DNA of 34,400 nt, taken from Marine Group II euryarchaeote MED-G33 (lineage in GTDB: Archaea > Thermoplasmatota > Poseidoniia > Poseidoniales > Thalassarchaeaceae). The stretch's first letter is position 1. Every line of letters starts with the position of its first letter. The DNA lies in assembly GCA_949538655.1 (NCBI GenBank), contig CATISE010000078.1, positions 1 to 34,400 on the forward strand. Direction: 5' to 3'. Positions 25,880 to 34,400 of this stretch are shown here, one piece after another. Made by a program: the position numbers and the translations under genes. The notes beneath the pieces are model-generated. The model saw only the letters and a program-made list of their open reading frames with translations. It had not been told where the DNA came from and did no database searches.

Positions 25880-28800
25880 ATGTCACTGGCAGGACCGTGG
25901 ACACTCGAGAAACGAGTTATTTCCGCTTGTGCCAGCATTCTCGCTGCCATCCTGGTAGCAGCCGTTCAGTGGGGCGATTACGATTGGAGTTTGGGTCGTA
26001 CATTCACACTGACAGGTCTTTCTCTAATCGCGGGCCTTGTCGTTTGGTCAACACTCCAGTGGCTTCTCTCAAGTCGCCATCGGATTTTGTCTGTGATGGC
26101 ACGTAACAATTTGGTTCGGAGAAAGCGTAACACGGCGCTCGTTGTCATCGGTTTGCTTGTCGGTTCGGCGATTGTCACCTCTTCCCTGGTTATCGGTGAT
26201 AGTTTGGATGCGACCATGGAGGAGCAATTCATCGCACCCCTGGGTGATACTGATTATTACATTAAGAAAAATGACAAAGCCACGGGCCTGTGGGTCGAAT
26301 GGAACCACACAAGAGCCAGTGAAATTTCTGAGGATTTACGCACCTGGTCCAACGTTCAAGGCGCTAGACCCGGTTTGCAAATGAGTGCATCGATCGAATT
26401 TGAGGGATTGGGGGAACCGGTTGCGACGTGGTATGCATTTGACTCGATTTTATCCAACGCGGGTGGTTTTGATCCCATTGGCGGCCCTGATGGTATTCGG
26501 TACATGGATATCGATGATGGCAATGTTGTAATCAATGAAGAACTGTCAAACAGTATTTCAGCCGGTATTGGGGATTCGATTGAAATTCATTGGGTAAACA
26601 TCGATTTGGAAGATGGAATTGTCCGCAGTAGCACAAACCTGACGGTGCAATACATCGTTAATGACATCAATACTGGACATCGAAATAGTGGACAGCCACT
26701 GTTGTTTACGAGTTTGACACAAGCTCAGGAAATCACTGGGAAGGAGTTACTTGTTACCCATGTGGGTATCGCAGTGGATGGCAATGGAAACGAGGCACTC
26801 CGCGATGATATCCGGACACTCGTCGATGAACATCTCATCGCTGAAGACGCAGGTTTTTCGATTGAATCAGATGCGGAATCGGGGCTGATCGCAGTGGCTC
26901 GAACGACCGGGCTCGGGCAACTGCGCGAGAATGAAGTCACCAATCTCACAACTTTGGTCAATGAATCTCAATTCACTTTAGATTCGGTCGAATTGTTGCA
27001 GGTCCCTCTCTACAACATCGCACAACAATGGTTCAATGTCTCTGGTCTTGCATCAGCATCGATCTCATTGATTGAACAATCGGATGGTTGGGATTGGTAT
27101 GCAACAGGTTCGGGCTTATCCCTGCAAGATGAAGGTGGTCAATGGTGGATTTGGGCTCCAGATGATGCCGATGATGAATCGATTCGCGATATCTTACTGA
27201 CTGGAAATGATAGTGCATTCATCGCACATGCCGATGGTGTTCGGTACATCGATTTGGCACCTGATGCTCCGGATTCAGATTACCTGGAATCACACTCTAT
27301 CGAGGGGCTGGCCTCGGTTTGTTTCGACGATTGCTCGAACAACCAATCGACCATACTTGCCCTTGAGGAAAGCGAAGGCAACGTTTGGCTTCATTCATCT
27401 TCTGACAACCTAGAGACGTGGGTGGCCACCAACCTCGTCAATGATGGGTCGGCATTGGGTGTCGATATCGCTGTTGATGACGATGAAATCATCATTAGAA
27501 TCGGGGGTATAATCGGCAGCCAAACCTGTTCTGGTAAAGATGTAGAATCGTTAAACTGTTCTCAAGATTCAAGCGAGAGACGGGATTTGTTTGAGCACGG
27601 TTCTTCGACATGGGTTGTCGAAGGGCAATCACTCTATCTCTTGGATAATGGGAATACCACTTTAGCATGGGCCTATGGGCTTCCAAACGGGACATTGGTC
27701 GCCTATTCCTCAGATGTGATATGGGTTGAGGATGAAGGCCTTTGGGCTTGGAACGGATCTGTATTCAACGCACTTTCGATTTCCTTGCCATCGGCAGCCA
27801 ACCCCGATGATGCTGCAATTGGCCTCAAATCTGATCGATTGATTGTGACCACTGGTTCAGGTGTTTCAGTGGTAGAGGGGGATGATCTATCCGGCCGTCT
27901 TCCATCACGAATCCGAATCGATTCGGTCAACCGCGTCCCACTTACGGTTGTGGGCTGTGATGGATGCGACACAATGGGCTTCCCATCCGTCGAGAGTGGA
28001 AAAATACACGTTTCTGACTGGGCTGGCGACACGCTGTCTTTGGAACCGGAAAGTTTGATTCGTTTGCGTGGGTATTTACCCGCGATTCGAGGACAACTCG
28101 ATGGTGAACTATTCAGGGTGGAAGATGCCAATCTCAGCCTACCTTCGCCACCAGGACAGCCTTCATTTGCAGATATGACATTCGGACTCGTATCAATTCC
28201 GGATGCTGAATTGTTGGCTGGAGGTAGTACTGGTGCTCGAAGCATGGTCATCATCGTCGGGCCGGGTTTGGCCAATCCGGCTGTTTATGAGGCTGTTTTG
28301 GCTATTGTCGAAGACTGGGCCGATGAACAAGCCGACCTTGATTCAGCAGATTTGAATGTCGCCCCAATCAAGGTTAGGGCGATTGAATCCACCGCAGATG
28401 CAGGTGAGAATTTCTCTATGTTATTCCTCATTTTTGGCTCGTTTGTCATTTTCGCTGGTATTCTCTTGGTGATGAATATCTTCGTCATGTTGGCTGATGA
28501 ACGTAAGCCCGAGATGGGCATGGCCCGTGCCATTGGAATGCATCGTGGCGACCTGCGAGTTTTGTTCGTTCAAGAAGGTGCCTTACTCGGCATGATATCG
28601 AGCGCAGTTGGCGCTTTTATCGGCATTGGGGTTGCTTGGGTTTTGATGAAATTCATGGCCACCGCATTCCAGGACACACTCTCTTGGACGGTGGTTTTCG
28701 ATTGGTCATTCCAGAGCCTATTGGCGGGATTCACTGCGGGTTTCTTGGTCACTTGGTCCACATTGTGGATGACCTCCATGTGGATCAGTCGGCTCAATGT

Positions 28801-30511
28801 TGTCGCAGCCATTCGAAGCATACCGACACGTTATGCTGGTGCCTTGCCATGGTGGTCGATTTTGGTCACCTTATTCCTTGGATTTTCATCCCTCGGTAGT
28901 TTTGCCCTCGCCTTCTTCCTCGGCGTTCCTGAAGATGGTACACGGCATGCTTGGTGGCTGTTGGGTGGATTCACACTCTTGCTTGCCTTGGTTCCCCCTG
29001 CATTTTGGATTCTTGGCCGAATCCTGCCTGAAGACATCACTGTTCGGGGCATGCGATTCCACCGTCCAGTTGTTCTCCCGCGCCTGATTTTATCCATCCT
29101 AAGTTTAACAATGATTTTCTGGGGTTGGAAGGGTGATCCAATCAGTGAGCCTTGGGAACAAGGTCCCTTTTCATTCATCATTTTGGGTGTTTTCATGGTG
29201 GCTGCCGGCGTCTTGTTGTTGACCAGCCTTGCACCTCTGGTGACCCGTTTCTTATCGCGTCTGTTGGCCCCTCTTTCGGGGCGCATTGCCTCTGTTTTAC
29301 CGACCAGTCTTGCTTACCCGATGGCGACACCATTCCGGACAGCCATGACAATGGGCATGTTTTCCTTGGTCATCTTTGCCGTTGTCATTCTTTCAGGAAG
29401 TTCAGCGATTACATCTAACAATCTCGATGAAATGGGTGATGAATCAGGTGGCAATTACGAGATTCTTGCATACAGCAGCAGTGAATTGGATCCAGATGTG
29501 AGCAATTGGAATCTAGGTGCAATGAATGTATCTGATTTCGATTCGATTGCAACCATACATACCGGCGTGGTCAAGGCTGAAAGAGGCGATGGTACCGGCG
29601 AATCGCTAAATGTTGGTTTACGGGGTTTCGACTCTAATTTCTCAGGGCACGGTGCACTGAGTTTGGAGATTTGGGCTACAGAATTGGGAGATACGGAAGA
29701 GGATGCATGGGCGGCTGTTCTCGCTGATGAAAGCCTCGTCATTGTCGATTTCAGCTTAACCCCCACACCAGAGGGTTGGGAGAATGCACCACCGACACTC
29801 GACCTGGGGATTGGTGATAGAATTCTGATTAGCGACCCTAGTAACTCTGGAGTCAATCGTACCGTATTTGTCGGTGGAATCCTGAAGCAGGAGGCCTCAG
29901 TGTTCATTCCGGGAATTTACATACAGTCCGATTTTGCCGAAGAGCGGTTTGATGCCAAGCCCCATATCGTTTGGTTTAGCGTTCCCAATGGTACGGACGT
30001 TGATGATCAGGAATATGCTGCTGATGAAATTGAACGAGGTATGATTGAGGAAGGGGTTGGTGTATTTGTCATTGAAGTCGCTTGGAGTAAAATAAACTCA
30101 TTCGTACTGTCTATATTCGGGCTACTGAAGGCCTTCTTGGGCTTGGGTCTGGTCGTGGGGATCGCCGGGCTGGCTGTTGTTACAATTCGCAACGTTAGCG
30201 AACGTCGTCATCAAATCGGAATCTTGAGGGCACTTGGTTTCCAGAGAAGCATGGTTGTGGCCACCTTCCTTGTTGAATTGTCATGGGTTTCTTTCTTGGG
30301 CATTCTCAATGGGGCTCTGGTTGGAGTGGGTTTCCACTATGCATTGTATGAACGATTTCTCAAAGAAGATGGTGCGGAATTCATCATGCCATGGAATGAA
30401 ATTTACATGATTGTCATCGGTGCTTACATTTTGACACTTCTCGCCACATTGTGGCCTGTCCGTCAGGCGGCTTCGATTCATCCGGCCGAAGCACTGCGGG
30501 ACGTAAATTAA
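25880..30511 (+). CDS. Giant ABC permease, duplicated FtsX/MacB-type, with a large extracellular insertion
   Basis: RNNLVRRKRNTALVVIGLLVGSAIV; two FtsX motifs (DERKPEMGMARAIGM and SERRHQIGILRALGF); C-terminal PVRQAASIHPAEALR. Confidence 0.92.
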   Translation: MSLAGPWTLEKRVISACASILAAILVAAVQWGDYDWSLGRTFTLTGLSLIAGLVVWSTLQWLLSSRHRILSVMARNNLVRRKRNTALVVIGLLVGSAIVTSSLVIGDSLDATMEEQFIAPLGDTDYYIKKNDKATGLWVEWNHTRASEISEDLRTWSNVQGARPGLQMSASIEFEGLGEPVATWYAFDSILSNAGGFDPIGGPDGIRYMDIDDGNVVINEELSNSISAGIGDSIEIHWVNIDLEDGIVRSSTNLTVQYIVNDINTGHRNSGQPLLFTSLTQAQEITGKELLVTHVGIAVDGNGNEALRDDIRTLVDEHLIAEDAGFSIESDAESGLIAVARTTGLGQLRENEVTNLTTLVNESQFTLDSVELLQVPLYNIAQQWFNVSGLASASISLIEQSDGWDWYATGSGLSLQDEGGQWWIWAPDDADDESIRDILLTGNDSAFIAHADGVRYIDLAPDAPDSDYLESHSIEGLASVCFDDCSNNQSTILALEESEGNVWLHSSSDNLETWVATNLVNDGSALGVDIAVDDDEIIIRIGGIIGSQTCSGKDVESLNCSQDSSERRDLFEHGSSTWVVEGQSLYLLDNGNTTLAWAYGLPNGTLVAYSSDVIWVEDEGLWAWNGSVFNALSISLPSAANPDDAAIGLKSDRLIVTTGSGVSVVEGDDLSGRLPSRIRIDSVNRVPLTVVGCDGCDTMGFPSVESGKIHVSDWAGDTLSLEPESLIRLRGYLPAIRGQLDGELFRVEDANLSLPSPPGQPSFADMTFGLVSIPDAELLAGGSTGARSMVIIVGPGLANPAVYEAVLAIVEDWADEQADLDSADLNVAPIKVRAIESTADAGENFSMLFLIFGSFVIFAGILLVMNIFVMLADERKPEMGMARAIGMHRGDLRVLFVQEGALLGMISSAVGAFIGIGVAWVLMKFMATAFQDTLSWTVVFDWSFQSLLAGFTAGFLVTWSTLWMTSMWISRLNVVAAIRSIPTRYAGALPWWSILVTLFLGFSSLGSFALAFFLGVPEDGTRHAWWLLGGFTLLLALVPPAFWILGRILPEDITVRGMRFHRPVVLPRLILSILSLTMIFWGWKGDPISEPWEQGPFSFIILGVFMVAAGVLLLTSLAPLVTRFLSRLLAPLSGRIASVLPTSLAYPMATPFRTAMTMGMFSLVIFAVVILSGSSAITSNNLDEMGDESGGNYEILAYSSSELDPDVSNWNLGAMNVSDFDSIATIHTGVVKAERGDGTGESLNVGLRGFDSNFSGHGALSLEIWATELGDTEEDAWAAVLADESLVIVDFSLTPTPEGWENAPPTLDLGIGDRILISDPSNSGVNRTVFVGGILKQEASVFIPGIYIQSDFAEERFDAKPHIVWFSVPNGTDVDDQEYAADEIERGMIEEGVGVFVIEVAWSKINSFVLSIFGLLKAFLGLGLVVGIAGLAVVTIRNVSERRHQIGILRALGFQRSMVVATFLVELSWVSFLGILNGALVGVGFHYALYERFLKEDGAEFIMPWNEIYMIVIGAYILTLLATLWPVRQAASIHPAEALRDVN

Positions 30512-30587
30512 TTACAAATCGTTCGTTCTAGTAATTATAAACAAATGCGTGTTTAAGCGGAAAAACGTAACTTGGACCGCCCATCAC

Positions 30588-30595
30588 TATAAATA
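30588..30595 (+). promoter_or_regulatory. Strong consensus TATA box of the surface-protein gene
   Basis: TATAAATA, followed about 32 nt downstream by RBS GAGGGAGG (30627-30634) and then GTG 30643. Confidence 0.65.
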
Positions 30596-30642
30596 CGAAG
30601 TTTTACTGTGGCAACGCACCCACTGTGAGGGAGGACTGTAAA

Positions 30643-33600
30643 GTGAAGCAAATAGTGCCCATAGTACTCACTGCGTTGATGATGACCAGCTTGTTCGCTG
30701 GAATCGACTTCGTTGATGAGCTGAAGGATACGAACGAAATGGAAACGGGTGGCCGTGCAGCATACGAATTGAATCTGCACGACGTCTTGGAACCACGAGA
30801 AACATTCGTGGACCAAGCCGGTAACACTCGGAATGGAATTGACGTTGGTGACACCGTCTATTTCCGGCCGATCATCATCAATGATGGTGACAACGCACAC
30901 GACGAATTTAACGTACGTGTGACCGTTACGCCGGCCGGCGATGGTCAAACTGCCGTGATCGATAGCCTCGATGACGTCGTTTGCCCCGGTAACACCGCCG
31001 AAACTGGTTGCAGCTACAATACGCTGGGAGCCGGTGACTTCTTGGGTGGCGGAAACTACCGCATCCAAGCAGAAAGTGGTGGCGACCTAGCATGGACTCC
31101 ATCCGTTCCTGGCGATTATACTGTAACGATTTCAATCGACGTCGACAGTTCAATGGATACTGATCTAACCAACAATGACATGACTTACCAAGTCACTGTT
31201 CAGCACTACCGCGACATCGTTGTCGACCTATGTTGGACAGACGGCCCCGGTGGCGAGTGTCTTTCAGAAGCTGCAGGTGGATACGACAACGTGCAGGGTG
31301 AAGGCCCGCACAACTTCGCACTTACTGTAACTGCAGATGGTTCCGAATCATGGGCACCTCGAGCAACAACGGTCTCTGTTGAATTATCAGGTGCATATTC
31401 CACGACCAGTATGAAGCCCACAAGCTTCGACTCTGATGGAGATGGAGCGATGGAGATGGCGTCCGACAATGGACACATGTACACTGTTGTCGTCGGTGAT
31501 GCAACCGACGTTGACGTATGGCACAACATGTCCAACTTGGACAGCCCTGTGACCGATGCCAACGACTTGGCTGAGAACCCATGCACAAACGGTGACAACC
31601 CGTGCCAGCAGTCTCGCACTGTCATGGTTTACCAGCAAGCATACGTCTTCCACGGCGAGATTGCTGGTGACACTGCCGCAGAAGGTGCATCAAGCGCACC
31701 AGTTGGATTCTCAATCACTGCAATGCTACAATCCATGGATGAATACTCACCATCGTCTGGAGCATCTGGTGGAATGGGTCCTGGTGGCCAAAATGATACC
31801 GAAGAGCCATCGATAATCATGAAAGAAAACTCAGTCGATTATGATGACCGAACTGGTAACAATGATGGAACCCTCGCAGGATATTTCTCAGTCTTCCACG
31901 ACATTGGCGTAACATCCCTCACCGCCGGTGACAACGAAGCGACTGAAGGCACTCTGAATGTTGGGGTTACAACTCTGAAAGCAAACGTCGTTTTCGGCGG
32001 CTCTGCTGGTGACAACGAATACGATTGGGCAGTCACATTTTCAGTCACTGACGAAAATGGTCAATCTGCTCTTGGTGGCGACCCCGGTATTGCAGACTCT
32101 TGCGAGGATGGATCCGAGGATGCTTACTCACACGCTTTGCTCAGTGAAACGGCACCTGGTTCATTCCCAGAAGGCAAGGCTTGCCTAGATGTGAACTTGC
32201 AGGCTGGCCGATACACGGTTACTGCAACATCCAGTCTACTTGGTGCAACCAGTTTGCCATCGAATGCAACAGACATGAACGGTGGTAACGACGTTCGAGC
32301 AACCTTCTACGAGGTTATCAACGACAATCCAACCGTGTTCATCACACTGGACGAAATCGCTCGCGGTGATGAGAGCGTAGAAGCTCCAGTCATCGTTGGT
32401 GACACCATCACCATGCGTGCGCGCGGAATGGATACAGAATCAACAGATGAAGAACTGATGTATTCCTGGAAGCGAGTCACTGCTTCCGGTGAAGTCGAAG
32501 AGATGCTTTGCGACTTGACGATCTGCACAGTCGAGACCGATATGTCTTGGGCTGGAGAGCGAATGGTTACTGCAACAGTGACCGATGGCAATGGTGCCAG
32601 CGCCTCCGACAGCATGCTCATGTCCGTTTGGAACTCGTATTCCGCAGACATGTCCGTGACTGGAGCAACCATGAGTTACTCGATCGTTTACGGTCCTATG
32701 GTTAACTACAACGTCTCAGCAGCTGATGCTGATGCGTTCACAGCACAGCAACTGGGCAACAATGCAGGTTCATACGACAGTGTGGTCGCATTCGACCTCA
32801 CAGTCTCCAACCTGATGATGCCAGCTGATATGGGAACAGAGACACTCACCATCGACTTCGATGGTGATGCAACAAACTCCTGGGGACTATGGTACAAGCG
32901 TACCACGGATTCCCCATGGACCTCTGTCAACCACATCACCTCCTCTGCAGGTGCAGCCAGTGGTACAACCATGACCTTCTCTCACGATGGTAGCATGGAA
33001 GGCAACCTTGGTGGCGGAACCTACGCGATCTTTGATGCAGCAACAGCAGGTGCACAACCACCCGCAACAGGCGTATCAGGACTCACTGCAACCTTGGCAC
33101 CCGATGCACGCATCGATGTTGCTTGGGGCTATGGTGAGAACCCACAGTTCGCAAGTGGCGACACAGTGAACGTTTACTGGTGCGCTTGGGCAGATGCTGA
33201 CACTTCATGTGACGCAATGGCTGGAACATCAATCGCAGGACAGGATCCTGTTACACAGGCTTGGCAACACAACGGCGTAGATGCGACAAAGTATACCATC
33301 CTCGTACAGACACAGAATGGTAACACAGACGCTGTGACTGGTGCAATGCTCACTGGTGGCCTCGCTGAGATCACTGTGACTGCTGATGGTAGCGTAACAC
33401 CTGCACCAACACTCAGCAACGCAGCAGCAACCATGACATCCACAAATGATGGTCTAACCTTCACATGGGATGCAACTGGTACCGATGACGTATCGTCATG
33501 GGTAGTCTGCTGGGCTGGAACTCAAGACATCGTCAACAACGAGTTTGACAGTCTATTGGGCAACAGCTGTGCAACAACCGAAGACACAACCTCCTCGATC

Positions 33601-33903
33601 ACAGTGACCGAGCAGGACATGTGTGGTGGAACTTGCAGCGCTGACATGTACTTTGGTATCGCAGGCAAGGACTCAGTCGGTAACGTAGCCGACCCGGGTG
33701 CAGATATGTATGCAGACATGAAGGCAGGCCTAGATGTGCCTGACAATATCGATGCTACAGACCCAGGTGCTGAAGACGAAGGCATGCCATCTACCGCAAT
33801 CTACGCAATCATTGGATTGGTCGTACTTGCAGTGATTGGTGGCGCTTTCATCCTCACCCGTGGCGCAGAAGCCGACGGTGATGACAAAGAGTGGGATTAC
33901 TGA
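30643..33903 (+). CDS. Large acidic cell-surface glycoprotein, S-layer-like candidate (Ig/CARDB-, PKD-, FN3-like modules, C-terminal TM)
   Basis: Signal peptide MKQIVPIVLTALMMTSLFAG. DxDxTNN / DMNGGND motifs, YSWKR...ATVTDGNG, IDVAWGY, LTFTWD...IAGKDSVGN, TM AIYAIIGLVVLAVIGGAFIL. Strong preference for AAC/GAC/TAC/ATC/TTC codons. GTG 30643 preferred over 30625 because of the RBS. Confidence 0.85.
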   Translation: MKQIVPIVLTALMMTSLFAGIDFVDELKDTNEMETGGRAAYELNLHDVLEPRETFVDQAGNTRNGIDVGDTVYFRPIIINDGDNAHDEFNVRVTVTPAGDGQTAVIDSLDDVVCPGNTAETGCSYNTLGAGDFLGGGNYRIQAESGGDLAWTPSVPGDYTVTISIDVDSSMDTDLTNNDMTYQVTVQHYRDIVVDLCWTDGPGGECLSEAAGGYDNVQGEGPHNFALTVTADGSESWAPRATTVSVELSGAYSTTSMKPTSFDSDGDGAMEMASDNGHMYTVVVGDATDVDVWHNMSNLDSPVTDANDLAENPCTNGDNPCQQSRTVMVYQQAYVFHGEIAGDTAAEGASSAPVGFSITAMLQSMDEYSPSSGASGGMGPGGQNDTEEPSIIMKENSVDYDDRTGNNDGTLAGYFSVFHDIGVTSLTAGDNEATEGTLNVGVTTLKANVVFGGSAGDNEYDWAVTFSVTDENGQSALGGDPGIADSCEDGSEDAYSHALLSETAPGSFPEGKACLDVNLQAGRYTVTATSSLLGATSLPSNATDMNGGNDVRATFYEVINDNPTVFITLDEIARGDESVEAPVIVGDTITMRARGMDTESTDEELMYSWKRVTASGEVEEMLCDLTICTVETDMSWAGERMVTATVTDGNGASASDSMLMSVWNSYSADMSVTGATMSYSIVYGPMVNYNVSAADADAFTAQQLGNNAGSYDSVVAFDLTVSNLMMPADMGTETLTIDFDGDATNSWGLWYKRTTDSPWTSVNHITSSAGAASGTTMTFSHDGSMEGNLGGGTYAIFDAATAGAQPPATGVSGLTATLAPDARIDVAWGYGENPQFASGDTVNVYWCAWADADTSCDAMAGTSIAGQDPVTQAWQHNGVDATKYTILVQTQNGNTDAVTGAMLTGGLAEITVTADGSVTPAPTLSNAAATMTSTNDGLTFTWDATGTDDVSSWVVCWAGTQDIVNNEFDSLLGNSCATTEDTTSSITVTEQDMCGGTCSADMYFGIAGKDSVGNVADPGADMYADMKAGLDVPDNIDATDPGAEDEGMPSTAIYAIIGLVVLAVIGGAFILTRGAEADGDDKEWDY

Positions 33904-33954
33904 AATCCCGCAGGCCTCGAAACAAAACATGACCCGTCCATGAGACGGTGACCC

Positions 33955-33992
33955 GGGCCGGGCCCCCTATAGGGGGCCCGGTCCTTTTTTTT
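33955..33992 (+). terminator. GC-rich hairpin plus T-tract terminator
   Basis: Perfect palindrome CCGGGCCCCCTATAGGGGGCCCGG (33958-33981), extendable by GGG/TCC, directly followed by T8. Confidence 0.8.
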
Positions 33993-34317
33993 GTTTCCGA
34001 TTTCACCAATGTTCGGATCATAAAAATTGTTAGATTCTTGTTATCAGGCTCACAGTTGACCGATTTTTGGCGTGTAGAAACCGACATTTCCGCATGTCTT
34101 TTTTCATGTTTGAAATCAATTATCGAGCAATCATATTCTGTGGATGGAGTTTGTTACAAATTGTTTGTACCACTTATTTTCGTAGATTTTAACTGCTCAA
34201 AAATATCTGCGCAGTTTGTCGAACAGAATTGAGAAATCAAAGGGTTTGCACCCATACGGTTATATCTACGTCAGAACGTGGAACGGCCTGTTCATAGGAC
34301 ACTCTGGGGTATCTTGA

Positions 34318-34400
34318 ATGGTGACAAATGGAAACAAGAAGGTGTTGGGCGGCAGTTGGCTGTTGCTCACGCTATTGATGATTGGAATGAGTTGGGCCCA
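34318..34400 (+). CDS. 5' end of a secreted protein (partial)
   Basis: MVTNGNKKVLGGSWLLLTLLMIGMSWA... looks like a signal peptide. GGGGT RBS at 34306-34310 and TTATAT at 34260-34265. Confidence 0.6.
   Translation, partial: MVTNGNKKVLGGSWLLLTLLMIGMSWA

Noticed and set aside
33948-34232. 94 aa ORF (and the opposite-strand 77 aa ORF at 33854-34087)
   Set aside because: Both run through the terminator hairpin and T-tract, have atypical composition and lack an RBS.
33993-34317. Replication origin
   Set aside because: No ORB-like repeats recognised and no cdc6/orc1 gene in the window.

Overview
Gene-dense archaeal chromosome segment, most consistent with Marine Group II Euryarchaeota (Ca. Poseidoniales / Thermoplasmatota). 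This is an inference from TATA-box promoters, GAGGTGA ribosome-binding sites, Nob1 and KaiC-like ATPases together with a bacterial-type gyrB-gyrA pair and several large, acidic, membrane-anchored Ig/PKD surface proteins. In order: the 3' end of a membrane-anchored protein; a four-gene minus-strand operon (pilin-like signal + lamin-tail domain protein, KaiC-like ATPase, degenerate RecA-fold/DUF835-like protein, Walker-A-degenerate KaiC-like protein); a ~1120 aa surface protein; tRNA-Ser(GCT); gyrA; gyrB; aroD; a membrane protein; a PKD-repeat gluzincin peptidase; glutaminyl cyclase; a membrane protein; tmk with a long C-terminal extension; a DUF2085 protein; a 4-TM protein with an Smr domain; an unlisted 45 aa Cys-rich ORF; tRNA-Glu(TTC); a DedA/VTT protein; nob1; tatA; a MoaD/SAMP protein; a MacB/LolD-type ABC ATPase and giant permease; a ~1090 aa S-layer-like protein with strong codon bias; and the start of another secreted protein. 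I saw no mobile element, CRISPR array or rRNA. The best leads are the membrane-anchored Smr nuclease, the canonical EF-hand loop in the GyrA acidic tail, the pilin/LTD-KaiC operon, and the two collinear surface-protein paralogs, one a candidate major envelope protein. All family calls come from motif recognition by eye; no database searches were run.
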